Source of the DNA: Cyanobacteriota bacterium | GTDB taxonomy: Bacteria; Cyanobacteriota; Cyanobacteriia; PCC-6307; Cyanobiaceae | Assembly: GCA_046052125.1 (NCBI GenBank) | Contig: JBJOMY010000005.1 | Coordinates: 128,001-192,000 of the forward strand | Direction: 5' to 3' | Length of the DNA stretch: 64,000 bases | Shown: positions 22,998-34,512 of the stretch, one piece after another | Layout: each line of letters opens with the position of its first letter | How positions within the stretch are numbered: position 1 is the first letter of the stretch | The notes under the pieces: model-generated | What the model saw: the letters and a program-made list of their open reading frames with translations, nothing else | Database searches by the model: none | What the model was told of the DNA's origin: nothing | Translations under genes and position numbers: made by a program

Positions 22998-23003
22998 GCA
23001 AAA

Positions 23004-23102
23004 GGGGTGACCCGGAGTCCACGCCTGCTCGGAGCATCCCGTGTGGCTGCTCCCTTCCGGTCCTGACCAGATTTGGGCGTCCGGGCCGCATGGGTCCGAG
23101 TC
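23004..23102 (-). ncRNA. ffs: Signal recognition particle RNA (small bacterial type)
   Basis: Minus strand contains GGTCAGGACCGGAAGGGAGCAGCC (domain IV, GGAA tetraloop) in a long hairpin. Confidence 0.93.
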
Positions 23103-23144
23103 CTTAAGATGCTAGCAATGGGCCTCGGCCACGAGGGCTCTGGG

Positions 23145-23966
23145 GTGCGACCTGCTGATCTGCTCACCTGTAAGCAGGAGGGCCGGCCCATCGCCGCCCT
23201 CACCGCCTGGGATGCGCTGTCGGCTGCACTGGTGGAGCAGGCCGGTGCCGATCTGATCCTGGTGGGCGATTCGCTGGCGATGGTGGTGCTGGGCCACGCC
23301 ACCACCCTGCCGGTCACGCTCGAGGAAATGATCCTGCACACCCGCGCGGTTGGGCGCGGCCTGCAGCGCCCAACCGCCCAGCAACCGCTGATCGTGACCG
23401 ATCTGCCCTTCTTGAGCTACCAGTGCGGGGTTGATGCCGCCGTCGCCGCCGCTGGCCAGGTGCTCAAGGACAGCCCCGCAGCGGCGGTGAAGCTTGAAGG
23501 CGCGGAGCCGGAAACCCTTGCCGTGGTGGATCGGCTCGTGCGCAGCGGCATCCCGGTGATGGGGCACCTGGGGCTCACACCGCAATCGGTGCATCAGCTG
23601 GGGTACCGGCGCCAGGCCAATGACCCCATCAGCCAGGAACGGCTGCGCCGCTCCGCCCGGGATCTCCAGGCAGCAGGTTGCTTCGCGCTGGTGATCGAGC
23701 ACGTCCCCGCCGAACTGGCTGCAGACCTCAGCCGGGAGCTCACGATTCCCGTGATCGGCATCGGCGCTGGCGAGCAGTGCGATGGGCAGGTGCGCGTGAC
23801 CGCCGATCTGCTTGGCCTCACCGAGAGGCAGCCACCCTTTTCCCCGCCGCTGCTCGCCGGCCGCAGCCTGTGCATCGAGGCCCTCAGAGGCTGGGTGGCA
23901 GGTCTGCAGCCCCAGACTCCTGCTCCTCCCACCACGCCAGAAGCTCCCGCAGCACCACATTGCTGA
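23145..23966 (+). CDS. panB: 3-methyl-2-oxobutanoate hydroxymethyltransferase
   Basis: [33 protein letters not shown] start inferred. Confidence 0.95.
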   Translation: MRPADLLTCKQEGRPIAALTAWDALSAALVEQAGADLILVGDSLAMVVLGHATTLPVTLEEMILHTRAVGRGLQRPTAQQPLIVTDLPFLSYQCGVDAAVAAAGQVLKDSPAAAVKLEGAEPETLAVVDRLVRSGIPVMGHLGLTPQSVHQLGYRRQANDPISQERLRRSARDLQAAGCFALVIEHVPAELAADLSRELTIPVIGIGAGEQCDGQVRVTADLLGLTERQPPFSPPLLAGRSLCIEALRGWVAGLQPQTPAPPTTPEAPAAPHC

Positions 23967-25107
23967 GTGCCAGCCCCTCGGGATCACTGAGCCTCCAGCG
24001 GGGCCCCTCCCGCAACAACAGCCCTGACTCCACAAACGGCTGCCAGCGGCGCTCCAGCTCTTCCGGAGCGCTCAGGGCGACGCCCTCCCGCCGCCTCAGG
24101 CCGACGATCAAGCGCTCATCCAGGGGCATGCCAGCAGCGGCTGACGCCCCCTGCTGCGGAAGCTGCTCCACCCACAGGGCGTAGCCCTCACGGGTGCGGG
24201 GCCGGGCCAGCCGCTCACCCCAGGGCGCGGAGGTGGCGCCCATCCCGAATCCCCACCAGCCGCCGCCACTCCAGTACACCCGGTTGTGCCGGGAGGCGTG
24301 ACCTGGCAGGGCGTAATTGGAGATCTCGTAGTGGCCATAGCCCGAGGCCGCCAGCCGATGGGCGGTGAGCTCCATCAGATCCGCCGCCAGATCGCTCTCC
24401 GGCAGGTGCAGAGCACCGCGCTGCTCGAGGCGCTCGAACACCGTGCCCGGCTCCACGATCAGGTCGTACACCGACAGGTGGGGCGGCTGCAGCGAGAGAG
24501 CCTGCTCCAGCTGCTCGCGCCAACCCTCCAGGGTTTGCCCCGGCAGCCCCTGGATCAGATCGAGGCTCCAGCTCTGGAGGCGGCTGCTGCGCTGGGCTTG
24601 CTGCAGCCAACCCGCCGCCTCCAGCAGATCGCTGCGGCGATGGCGCCGTCCGAGCTGCTCCAGCACCGCGTCGTTGAAGCTCTGGCCGCCCAGGCTCACC
24701 CGATTCACCCCCGCCGCCAGGTAGGCCGCCAAGCGCGCCTGATCGAAGCTGGCGGGATCGAGCTCGAGGCTCACCTCAGCAGCAGGGGCCAAGCCAAAGC
24801 GCCCACGCAGTGCCTGCAGCAACTCTCTGAGCTGCGCGGCGCTCAGCAGCGATGGGGTGCCGCCCCCCACGTACACGGTGGAGAGGGGTGGACCGGGGGG
24901 AGCTGCAGCGATTTCCCGATGCAGCAGCTGCAGGTAGTTCTGGATCGATGCACTGCCTGGGGCGCCAGGCTCGGCACTGGCGCGATCTCCCAGTGGCACC
25001 ACTGGAAAGTCGCAGTAGAAGCAGCGCCGGTGACAGAAGGGAATGTGCAGGTAGGCGCTGCGGGGCGGCCAACCGACCGGTTCACACCGGTTACCTCCCC
25101 GGGCCAA
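23884..25107 (-). CDS. hemW: Radical SAM heme chaperone HemW (HemN-like)
   Basis: [34 protein letters not shown]; start uncertain (TTG 25107 or ATG 25167). Confidence 0.88.
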   Translation of the reverse strand: MARGGNRCEPVGWPPRSAYLHIPFCHRRCFYCDFPVVPLGDRASAEPGAPGSASIQNYLQLLHREIAAAPPGPPLSTVYVGGGTPSLLSAAQLRELLQALRGRFGLAPAAEVSLELDPASFDQARLAAYLAAGVNRVSLGGQSFNDAVLEQLGRRHRRSDLLEAAGWLQQAQRSSRLQSWSLDLIQGLPGQTLEGWREQLEQALSLQPPHLSVYDLIVEPGTVFERLEQRGALHLPESDLAADLMELTAHRLAASGYGHYEISNYALPGHASRHNRVYWSGGGWWGFGMGATSAPWGERLARPRTREGYALWVEQLPQQGASAAAGMPLDERLIVGLRRREGVALSAPEELERRWQPFVESGLLLREGPRWRLSDPEGLALSNVVLRELLAWWEEQESGAADLPPSL

Positions 25108-25165
25108 AGCCCCCGGGATCAGGCATGCTGCCTCACTGAAGCCTTCGGCAGCCACAGCACCGGTC

Positions 25166-26317
25166 ATGGTGGACACCCTCATCCTGGTGCTGTTCGTGGT
25201 GTCGGGGGCCGCCGCTGGATGGCTTGGGGTTGATCTGCTGCCGGAGCAGCAGCTGATCCAGATCCAAAACCTCGAACAGCTGAGCTGGATCCTTGGGGCC
25301 GGCGGAGCTCTGGCGGGTCTGTTGGCGGGCTTTGTGTTCCAGCGGCTGCGCAAGCGGCTGATGGAGCAGGTGCGCACCATGCCCACCGACCTGCTGGTGA
25401 GCCGTGCCGTTGGCCTGATCCTGGGGCTCTTGGTGGCCAACCTGCTGATCTCACCGATCCTGTTCCTCTCGCTCCCCTGGGAGCTGGTGCTGGTGAAACC
25501 CCTGGCGGCGGTGGCCGCCAACGTGTTCTTTGGCGTGTCGGGCTACAACCTGGCCGAGGTGCATGGCCGCACGCTGCTGCGCCTGTTCAACCCCACCAGC
25601 ACGGAAGCACTGCTGGTGGCTGATGGGGTGCTGATGCCCGCCAGCGCCAAGATCCTCGACACCAGCGTGATCATTGATGGCCGCATCCGCGGACTGCTGG
25701 ATTCAGGCCTGCTGGAAGGGCAGGTGATCGTGGCCCAGGCAGTGATCGATGAACTCCAGGCCCTGGCCGATTCCGCCAATAACGAGAAACGCAGCAAAGG
25801 GCGCCGCGGCCTGAAGCTGCTCAGCAGCCTGCGGGAGCGCTACGGCCGTCGGCTGGTGGTGAACACCACGCGCTACGAGGGCAACGGCGTGGACGACAAG
25901 CTGCTCAAGCTGGCGGCCGACACCGGTGGCACCCTGCTCACCGCGGACTACAACCTCACCAAGGTGGCCGAGGTGCAGACCGTGAAGGTGATGAACCTGA
26001 GCGAGCTGGTGATCGCGCTCCGGCCGGAGGTGCAGCCGGGCGATGAGCTCAACCTCAAGATCGTGCGCGATGGCAAGGAAGCCAACCAGGGCGTGGGCTA
26101 TCTCGACGACGGCACGATGGTGGTGGTGGACGGTGCCCACGGCCGAGGCGGCGAGCGCCTGCCCGTGGTGATCACCGGTGCCCTGCAGACCCCCACGGGC
26201 CGGATGGTGTTCGGCAAGCTCGAGGGGGCAAGCGGGGCTGCAGGCGCGAAACCCAAATCGGGCAGCAAGAAATCCGCACCCGCCAAAGGCGATCCGGGCA
26301 CCTCCAACCCCCGCTAG
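25166..26317 (+). CDS. Membrane PIN/TRAM domain protein (Ycf81/YacL-like)
   Basis: TM helices, LDTSVIIDGR PIN motif, GVGYLDDGTMVVV TRAM region. Confidence 0.92.
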   Translation: MVDTLILVLFVVSGAAAGWLGVDLLPEQQLIQIQNLEQLSWILGAGGALAGLLAGFVFQRLRKRLMEQVRTMPTDLLVSRAVGLILGLLVANLLISPILFLSLPWELVLVKPLAAVAANVFFGVSGYNLAEVHGRTLLRLFNPTSTEALLVADGVLMPASAKILDTSVIIDGRIRGLLDSGLLEGQVIVAQAVIDELQALADSANNEKRSKGRRGLKLLSSLRERYGRRLVVNTTRYEGNGVDDKLLKLAADTGGTLLTADYNLTKVAEVQTVKVMNLSELVIALRPEVQPGDELNLKIVRDGKEANQGVGYLDDGTMVVVDGAHGRGGERLPVVITGALQTPTGRMVFGKLEGASGAAGAKPKSGSKKSAPAKGDPGTSNPR

Positions 26318-26348
26318 GCTCCCGGCTCAGGCCTGCAGTGATCCGCGG

Positions 26349-27050
26349 ATGTCGGTGTCAGCCCCCTACTACGGCGATTCCGCCGTAATGCGCACCCCGC
26401 CTCCCGATCTGCCCTCGCTGCTGCTGAAGGAGCGGATCGTGTATCTGGGCCTGCCGCTGTTCAGCGACGACGACGCCAAGCGGCAGATGGGCATCGACGT
26501 GACCGAGCTGATCATTGCCCAGCTGCTTTATCTGGAGTTCGACAACCCGGAGAAGCCGATCTTCTTCTACATCAACTCCACGGGCACCAGCTGGTACTCA
26601 GGCGATGCCATCGGCTTTGAAACCGAGGCCTTCGCCATCGCGGACACGATCCGCTACGTGAAGCCACCGGTGCACACCATCTGCATCGGCCAGGCCATGG
26701 GCACCGCGGCGATGATCCTGAGCGCCGGCACCAAGGGGCATCGCGCCGCCCTGCCTCACGCTTCGATCGTTCTGCACCAGCCCCGCAGCGGCGCCCGCGG
26801 CCAGGCCAGCGACATCCAGATCCGGGCCAAGGAAGTGCTGCACAACAAGCAGACGATGCTCGAGATGCTGTCGGCCAACACGGGCCGCAGCGTGGAGCAG
26901 CTCTCGAAGGATTCCGACCGCATGACCTACCTCACGGCCGAGCAAGCCGTGGAGTACGGCCTGATCGATCGGGTGCTCACCAGCCAGAAGCTCCCGAGCC
27001 CCCTACCGGCTGGCGCAGGCATCAGCCCTGGCAATCCCGGTATCAGCTGA
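26349..27050 (+). CDS. clpR: Non-catalytic Clp protease subunit ClpR
   Basis: TPPPDLPSLLLKERIVYLG; catalytic Ser replaced (GQAMGTAA). Confidence 0.9.
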   Translation: MSVSAPYYGDSAVMRTPPPDLPSLLLKERIVYLGLPLFSDDDAKRQMGIDVTELIIAQLLYLEFDNPEKPIFFYINSTGTSWYSGDAIGFETEAFAIADTIRYVKPPVHTICIGQAMGTAAMILSAGTKGHRAALPHASIVLHQPRSGARGQASDIQIRAKEVLHNKQTMLEMLSANTGRSVEQLSKDSDRMTYLTAEQAVEYGLIDRVLTSQKLPSPLPAGAGISPGNPGIS

Positions 27051-27123
27051 AACCGGCTGGGCCCCTGCATCGGCCTAGACCCAACCCCGTTCCTCTTCAC
27101 CACCGGCCACCCCCGCATCCGCC

Positions 27124-27738
27124 ATGCCCATCGGCACCCCCAGCGTTCCCTACCGCCTGCCCGGCAGCCAGTACGAGCGCTGGGTTGACATCTACACACG
27201 CCTGGGCGTGGAGCGGATCCTGTTCCTGGGCTCCGAGGTGAACGACGCCATCGCCAACAGCCTGGTGGCGCAGATGCTCTACCTCGACTCGGAGGACAAC
27301 TCCAAGCCGATTTACCTCTACATCAATTCACCGGGTGGCTCGGTAACCGCCGGCCTGGCGATTTACGACACCATCCAGTATGTGAAGAGTGAGGTGGTGA
27401 CCATCTGCGTGGGTCTGGCGGCCTCGATGGGCGCTTTCCTGCTGGGCGCCGGCACCAAGGGCAAGCGGCTGGCCCTGCCCCACAGCCGGATCATGATCCA
27501 CCAGCCCTTGGGCGGCACCAGTCAGCGTCAGGCCAGCGATATCGAGATCGAAGCCCGCGAGATCCTGCGCATCAAGGACATGCTCAACCAGAGCATGGCG
27601 GACATGACCGGCCAGGAGCTCATCAAGATCGAGAAGGACACCGACCGTGACTACTTCATGAGCGCCGCTGAAGCGGTGCAATACGGCCTGATCGACCGCG
27701 TGATCGCCCATCCCACCGAGGCGACAGCAGCGGCCTGA
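27124..27738 (+). CDS. clpP: ATP-dependent Clp protease proteolytic subunit
   Basis: [24 protein letters not shown] catalytic triad. Confidence 0.97.
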   Translation: MPIGTPSVPYRLPGSQYERWVDIYTRLGVERILFLGSEVNDAIANSLVAQMLYLDSEDNSKPIYLYINSPGGSVTAGLAIYDTIQYVKSEVVTICVGLAASMGAFLLGAGTKGKRLALPHSRIMIHQPLGGTSQRQASDIEIEAREILRIKDMLNQSMADMTGQELIKIEKDTDRDYFMSAAEAVQYGLIDRVIAHPTEATAAA

Positions 27739-27762
27739 GGGGCGCGGCAGGCGCTTTCGTAA

Positions 27763-28794
<1,032 letters not shown>

Positions 28795-28814
28795 TTCAGG
28801 CCTCTCCCGCAGCC

Positions 28815-29897
28815 ATGACGCTGCTGCCTTTTGGGGTGGATTCCTTCACGGGGATCCACCCCTTTTTGCTGGTGATCGCTGCCGCCGCACTCGATCGGCT
28901 GGTGGGGGATCCGCGCTGGTGCCTGCATCCGGTGGTGGTGATGGGCTGGTGCATCAGCCGGCTGCGGCGGCTGGCTGAGCAGTGGGCCGGCGATCGCCCC
29001 TGGGCGCTGCGCTTGGGCGGTGGCTTGATCACGGCGCTGTTGGTGGGCGGCAGTGGCGCCAGCGGCTGGCTGCTGGAGCGATGGGCCCTTGGCTGGGAGC
29101 TGGCCGAGGCGAAGCCTGTGGCCCTGCTGCTGCTGTTGATCGCCCTAGCCAGCGCTCTGGCGGGTCGCAGCCTGGAGCAGGCAGTGAAAGCAGTGCTGCA
29201 GGCGCTGCCCCCCAGTGGGCAAGGCCTGGCAGCTGCGGATGACAACCAGCTCGAACCCGCCCGAACAGCCCTGAGCTGGATCGTGGGGCGCAGCACCGAG
29301 CAGCTCGATCGCGCCGGCATCCTGCGGGCCGCGGCCGAAACCGCCAGCGAAAACGCGGTAGATGGCTTGTTCGCGCCGTTGTTCTGGATGCTGCTGGGGG
29401 CAACGCTCTGGTCGACTGGCTTGTCCGCCGCTCCGGGCCCCCTGGCTCTGGCCTGGGCCTTCAAGGCAGCGAGCACCCTGGATTCCATGCTCGGCTACCG
29501 GCAAGGGCGGCTGCGCTGGGTAGGCACAGCGGGAGCACGGCTGGATGACCTGCTGGTGTGGCTGCCCTGCCGTCTGGTGGTGCTCAGCCTGCCGCTGGTG
29601 GCGGGTGTGGGGCCGCGCTGCAGCTGGCGGATGGTGCTGGCTGCGGAACGGGATGGCCGGCCCGACCCCTCCCCCAATGCGGGGCTCTCGCAGGCGATCT
29701 ATGCGCACGTGCTGCAGATCCAGCTGGGGGGGCTGAATCGCTACGGCGAGCAGCTCAAGGCCAAGCCTCTACTGGCAGCTGGCTGCCCGGCGCCATCGGC
29801 CGCCAAGGTGAACAGGATGTTTCAGCTGAGTCAGCGGTTGGAGCTGCTCTGGCTGCTGACCGGGCTCGGCGTGGGCTGGGCTGTGGCGAGCGCTTAG
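28815..29897 (+). CDS. cbiB: Adenosylcobinamide-phosphate synthase CbiB/CobD
   Basis: GDP..HPV, ETASENAVDG, TLDSMLGY, SPNAG. Confidence 0.93.
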   Translation: MTLLPFGVDSFTGIHPFLLVIAAAALDRLVGDPRWCLHPVVVMGWCISRLRRLAEQWAGDRPWALRLGGGLITALLVGGSGASGWLLERWALGWELAEAKPVALLLLLIALASALAGRSLEQAVKAVLQALPPSGQGLAAADDNQLEPARTALSWIVGRSTEQLDRAGILRAAAETASENAVDGLFAPLFWMLLGATLWSTGLSAAPGPLALAWAFKAASTLDSMLGYRQGRLRWVGTAGARLDDLLVWLPCRLVVLSLPLVAGVGPRCSWRMVLAAERDGRPDPSPNAGLSQAIYAHVLQIQLGGLNRYGEQLKAKPLLAAGCPAPSAAKVNRMFQLSQRLELLWLLTGLGVGWAVASA

Positions 29898-30589
29898 TAG
29901 GCGCCACGGTCCATAGGCAGCAGCACCACACCAATGGTGCGCAGCACGATGCCCAGATCCAGCCAGAAGCTGCGGTTGCGCACGTAGGTGAGATCGAGGC
30001 GCACCCGGGTGCGGTAGGTGAGGTTGTTGCGGCCCGACACCTGCCAGAGCCCTGTGAGACCGGGACGCACCGACAACACCTCATCCATGTTGCGGCCATA
30101 GCGGGGCAGCTCGTCCCACACGATCGGGCGGGGCCCCACAACGCTCATCTCGCCACGCAGCACGTTGATGAACTGGGGCAGCTCATCGAGGCTGGAGCGG
30201 CGCAGAAATTTGCCAAGGGGCGTGATGCGCGGATCGCGCTTGAGTTTGTGATCCCGCTCGAATTCAGCGCGCAGCTTGGGATCAGCCTCGAGCATCGAGG
30301 CCAGCACCCGGTCCGCATCGCGGCGCATGGTGCGGAACTTGAGACAGCCGAAGCCCTTGTAGCCGCGCCCAATGCGGCGTTGGCGATAGAACACCGAGCC
30401 GCGCGAGCTCAACTTCACCAACACCGCTAGCAGCAGAAACAGCGGCGAACCAAGAATCAGCACCAACAGCGAAAACACGATGTCGCCCCCGCGCTTGAGC
30501 ACCCGCCCACGCAACGACTGAGCCTCCAGCAGGCTGCTGGCCGTGGACTCAGCCGGGATGGAAACAGGGGACAAACGGGCCGTGATCAC
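29894..30589 (-). CDS. Polyprenyl-phosphate sugar phosphotransferase (priming glycosyltransferase)
   Basis: KFRTM, DPRIT, SLDELPQ, VGPRP, PGLTGLWQV. Confidence 0.93.
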   Translation of the reverse strand: MITARLSPVSIPAESTASSLLEAQSLRGRVLKRGGDIVFSLLVLILGSPLFLLLAVLVKLSSRGSVFYRQRRIGRGYKGFGCLKFRTMRRDADRVLASMLEADPKLRAEFERDHKLKRDPRITPLGKFLRRSSLDELPQFINVLRGEMSVVGPRPIVWDELPRYGRNMDEVLSVRPGLTGLWQVSGRNNLTYRTRVRLDLTYVRNRSFWLDLGIVLRTIGVVLLPMDRGAY

Positions 30590-30607
30590 AATCCGGTGTT
30601 GGCCTTA

Positions 30608-31792
30608 TTAAAGAAGTGCGCGGCGCCGATCCGCCAGCTGCCGTTGATGCCGGCTCCACACCTGCTCGATCAGGGCGCTCATCCGCTGCCGGAACCGCTC
30701 CGGCCCGAAGCGCTCAGCCCAGTTCCGCAACGACTCCGCCGGCAGCAGGGTCCACACCCGTTGCTGCTCGAAATGCTCCAGGGCCGCCACGAGCGAAGCC
30801 AACGTCTGCTCAGGGAACAGAAGGCCCGTGGGCTGATCGCAGCCGCTGCTAATGCAACGCACGCTGTCGAGCAAGCCCCCCTGACCCAGACCGATCACCG
30901 GAGCGCCTGAGGCCATCGCCTCCACCGGCGCGATGCCGAAGTCTTCCAAGCCGGCATAGACATAGGCGCGGCAGCGGGCCAACCACTGATTCACCTCGGG
31001 CTGCGGCAAGCGGCCCAGCAAGCGCACCGTCGGGCCAGCCATGGCCTCCAGGCGTTGCCGTTCGGGGCCATCGCCAATCACCACCAGCGGCAAGCCGGTG
31101 GCATTGAACGCTTCCACCACTAGATCAACCCGCTTGTAGGGCACCAGGCGGCAGAGGCAGAGGTAAACGTCGTCGCGGGGGTGATCCCAGCGGAAGCGCT
31201 CGAGATCAACCGGTGGGTGCACCACGGTGGAACTGCGGCCCCAGTAGCGGCGGATGCGGGCGGCGGTGAAGCGGGAGTTGGCGATCAGCGCATCCGGGCG
31301 CTGGGCGCTGAGCAGATCCCACTGGCGCAGCCGGTGCAGCTGCCAGCGAATCAGCGGCGAGAGGCCGCGCCGCGCCAGGGCCGACTGGCGCAGGTAGGCG
31401 TGCATCTGATCCCAGGCGTAACGCACGGGTGTGTGCACGTAGCTGAGATGACACTGATCAGGACTGGTGAGCACCCCCTTGGCCACCAGATGACTGCTGC
31501 TCAGCACCAGGGGAAAGCCAGCGAGATCGAGCTGCTCGATCGCCAGGGGCAGTAGGGGCAGGTACTGCTGCACATGGCTCACCCCCCAGGGCAAGCGCTG
31601 CACGAAGGAGGTGTGAATGGAACGCCCCGCCAACCAGCTCGCGGCGCGATTGCTTTCGCCATCCACAAGAGCCGCCAGCTGGGGGCGCTCCAGCAGGTCA
31701 TCGAGCTGTTGCACCACCAGCTCAGCACCACCCACCGAGCGGGGGGTGAACCACTCATGAACGAGTGCGGCGGGGCCCGGAAGATGTGCCAT
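30608..31792 (-). CDS. GT4 family glycosyltransferase
   Basis: GGAE, RLVPYKR, EDFGIAPVEAMASG. Confidence 0.92.
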   Translation of the reverse strand: MAHLPGPAALVHEWFTPRSVGGAELVVQQLDDLLERPQLAALVDGESNRAASWLAGRSIHTSFVQRLPWGVSHVQQYLPLLPLAIEQLDLAGFPLVLSSSHLVAKGVLTSPDQCHLSYVHTPVRYAWDQMHAYLRQSALARRGLSPLIRWQLHRLRQWDLLSAQRPDALIANSRFTAARIRRYWGRSSTVVHPPVDLERFRWDHPRDDVYLCLCRLVPYKRVDLVVEAFNATGLPLVVIGDGPERQRLEAMAGPTVRLLGRLPQPEVNQWLARCRAYVYAGLEDFGIAPVEAMASGAPVIGLGQGGLLDSVRCISSGCDQPTGLLFPEQTLASLVAALEHFEQQRVWTLLPAESLRNWAERFGPERFRQRMSALIEQVWSRHQRQLADRRRALL

Positions 31793-31908
31793 CGCAGCCA
31801 AGCTAAGGGCGGGATGTTGAAGAAGGATTGCTCAACAGATCACAAAAACTCTCAGCTGATTGCACTTCCAGCGCCAGATCTCGATGCTGACGCCAGAGCC
31901 CACCTGCC

Positions 31909-32151
31909 ATGGCGATCCGCGAGCTCCTGGAAGACGCCCTCGACGAACCCTCGATCGGGCAAACCGAACGGTTTGTCTGGCATGCAACGCCCGTGGGCAT
32001 CGCTGCCCTGTGGACCGATGGCAAGCCACCGACACCACCACCGTTTGACAACGCCCTTGAAGAAGGACTTCAAGTGGGACTGGACCTGAGCCGCGAAGAA
32101 CGGGAATTCCACCAGGTGAGCCGCGGCCTGGTACTGCTGTTTCACAGCTAA
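31909..32151 (+). CDS. Small conserved hypothetical protein
   Basis: Host-like codon usage; resembles a small picocyanobacterial conserved protein (from memory). Confidence 0.65.
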   Translation: MAIRELLEDALDEPSIGQTERFVWHATPVGIAALWTDGKPPTPPPFDNALEEGLQVGLDLSREEREFHQVSRGLVLLFHS

Positions 32152-32266
32152 GCCCCAGACATCTGGCACTAGCCGATCAGGATTAAGCAGCCTGCATTCC
32201 CAGGTCAGACCCAAACATTCAGGACCACCAAATAGCCGTTCCCCGGCAAGAAGAGGGGAGCGATTC

Positions 32267-32302
32267 AAAACAAGGTCTCAATAGACGGGTCTAACGACCT
32301 TG
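32267..32302 (-). terminator. Putative terminator downstream of tRNA-Ser
   Basis: CAAGGTC...GACCTTG stem with inner TAGAC/GTCTA, followed by TTTT on the minus strand. Confidence 0.55.
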
Positions 32303-32320
32303 CTTTGACGGCTTAAAAAA

Positions 32321-32405
32321 CGGAGAGGGTGGGATTCGAACCCACGGAAGGTTGCCCTTCAAACGATTTCGAGTCGTTCGCTTTCGACCACTCAGCCACC
32401 TCTCC
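32321..32405 (-). tRNA. trnS: tRNA-Ser(CGA)
   Basis: GGAGAGG acceptor stem, anticodon arm AACGA-CTCGAAA-TCGTT, long variable arm. Confidence 0.97.
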
Positions 32406-32441
32406 AGGCGACTGGGGCAGTGTAGAGACCGACTGGTCGCC

Positions 32442-34454
32442 TCAGGCCTGGTGCCAACCGCTGGCTGAACCGGCAGCCGGCCACCAGAGCTTCCCTTGTG
32501 CCAGGGCCGGGAGCTGGCGCTGCTCGGAAGGCCGTGGGCTGAAGCCCAACCAGAGCCCATCCACCCGCCGGGCAGCGGCCGCCTCATGCTCCCGCCAGCT
32601 CCACCACGACTGGCGATCGGGCAGCAGCCCCCAGCGCAACCGGCCAGCCGCGAGCACCAATGCCTGGCTGTCCGCCGCAACCGCCTCCACCCCCAGGCCA
32701 GCACTCGCCAACCGCTGGCCCTGGGCCAGGGCAGGACTGCCGTTCTGACCGGCTAACAGGCTGGGGGTGAGGGCCGCCCAGCAATCGGGTTGCTCTGGTG
32801 GCAGCGGATCCAGCAGAAGGGCCCAGTCGTAGCGGCGAATGCCCAGGCCCTGAGCCAGCTGGGCAGCGCGACTGCAGCTCAGGCCATCGCCCCGGCGACT
32901 GATCAGGGCAGATCGACCGGCGTGGCGGGCCACCAACCATTGGCGGCTGGCGTCGTGCACCAGCAACAGCTGATCGGCCAACAGCAGGTGCATCTGGGCC
33001 GCTGCCACCACCCCCAGCAACGCAGCTCCCCAACGGCGCCATCGCCGCGTAGACGGCAGCAACCAAGGCGCCAAGGCAACAGCGAGCAACAACGCGAGCA
33101 GCGGCGACAAACGTCCCAACGGGCACTCCGCCAGGGGTAACGCCGCCAGCTGGCGCACCAGCCACACAAACAACTGCGTGAGCGGCACCATCAGCCAACC
33201 CAGAGCCACGAGCAGCGGCGGGCACACCACAGCCGCAACCGCCATGGCCATGGCACCAAGGGTGAGCGGTGTGAGCAGGGGGGCCACCAGCAGATTCGAC
33301 GGCACAGCCCACAGCGGCAAAACGCCGAAGTGAAGGAGCTGCAGCGGCAGCGTCCAGAGCGAGGCGGCCACGGGCACCGCAAGGGCTCCTGCTGCCCAGG
33401 GCGGCCCCCAGCGCTGGAGCTGCTGCTCCAGAGGCCTGGCGCTGAGAATCAGGCCCGCCGTTGCCGCGGCGCTGAGCTGAAAGCCCACATCCAGCAACCA
33501 GGCGGGCCGGATCACCAACATCAGCAGCAGGCACAGCAGCATCACGGCGAGGGGACGACTGCAGCGCCCGCTCTCCTGCAACGCGAAGGCCACCGCCCCC
33601 ATCAACACCGCTCGAACCACCGACGGTTGCGGGCCGGCCAACAGCAGAAACCCCGCCATCGCCCCCAAGGCCAGGGCCCAGCGCAGGGGCGCCACCAGGC
33701 CCCGGGCCACCAGCATCACGGCCCCAAGCAACACCGTGAGGTGGTAGCCGCTGGCCGCCAGCGCATGGGACAAACCCGCCGCCCGGAACGCCTCCCGCAC
33801 CTCACTGGTCAATGGGCTCACCGCACTACCGAGCACCAAGGCCGACAGCACGCCACCGGCGTCTGGTCCGCCGATCGCTTGCAGAGCCGCGGCCATGCGG
33901 CGGCGCAGATCCGCCACTGGCGTGGCCTGGCGCTCCAGCACCCGCCAGCTCTCAACGCGCAGAGCGCTCCAGGCCTCCCGGCGCTGTAAGCGCTCGGCCG
34001 GCCCCGCCAGCAGCGGATGGGGAGCTGGCGGCAGCCGGCGCAACACACCCTGCAGCTGCAGCCGCCAGCCCTGGCGAAACGCCCCACAGGGACTGAACTG
34101 CAGTTCGCTGCGACCACCTGCCAGCGCAGCCAATGCCCGGCAACGCTGGCCCGAGGAATCGAGCTGGGGATCCTCGAGCAGCCGCGCCGTGACGGCGACG
34201 GGTTGCTCCATGGCGTCGGCTGGAATCCGCTGCACAGGATCGTTTGGGCCAGGCCGGGGTTGATTGAGCAGCCCCCAACCCCAGAGCAACAGCATCAGCA
34301 CCACCAGCGCGCAGCCCAGTCGTGGTTGGCGGCGAGCGAACCAGGCAACGCCACCTAGCAACAGGGCCAGCAAGCCGGCCTGGATCGGCCCAGCCAGTGG
34401 CAACACGCCGATGGCCAGCGCCAGCAGTGCACCGGCCAGAGCAAAGGCACCCAT
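32442..34454 (-). CDS. comEC: ComEC/Rec2 competence channel
   Basis: GLSHALAASGYH, PSVVRA, GFQLS motifs; multiple TMs. Confidence 0.92.
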   Translation of the reverse strand: MGAFALAGALLALAIGVLPLAGPIQAGLLALLLGGVAWFARRQPRLGCALVVLMLLLWGWGLLNQPRPGPNDPVQRIPADAMEQPVAVTARLLEDPQLDSSGQRCRALAALAGGRSELQFSPCGAFRQGWRLQLQGVLRRLPPAPHPLLAGPAERLQRREAWSALRVESWRVLERQATPVADLRRRMAAALQAIGGPDAGGVLSALVLGSAVSPLTSEVREAFRAAGLSHALAASGYHLTVLLGAVMLVARGLVAPLRWALALGAMAGFLLLAGPQPSVVRAVLMGAVAFALQESGRCSRPLAVMLLCLLLMLVIRPAWLLDVGFQLSAAATAGLILSARPLEQQLQRWGPPWAAGALAVPVAASLWTLPLQLLHFGVLPLWAVPSNLLVAPLLTPLTLGAMAMAVAAVVCPPLLVALGWLMVPLTQLFVWLVRQLAALPLAECPLGRLSPLLALLLAVALAPWLLPSTRRWRRWGAALLGVVAAAQMHLLLADQLLLVHDASRQWLVARHAGRSALISRRGDGLSCSRAAQLAQGLGIRRYDWALLLDPLPPEQPDCWAALTPSLLAGQNGSPALAQGQRLASAGLGVEAVAADSQALVLAAGRLRWGLLPDRQSWWSWREHEAAAARRVDGLWLGFSPRPSEQRQLPALAQGKLWWPAAGSASGWHQA

Positions 34455-34512
34455 CCGCGCCGCAGCAACAGCAGTACTGGGAGTGTTCCCCTAGGGTTCG
34501 ACCGCGATCTCG

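Noticed and set aside
25168..25521. Long N-terminal extension of the hemW ORF
   Set aside because: It is antisense to the PIN/TRAM gene and shows no HemW-like sequence.
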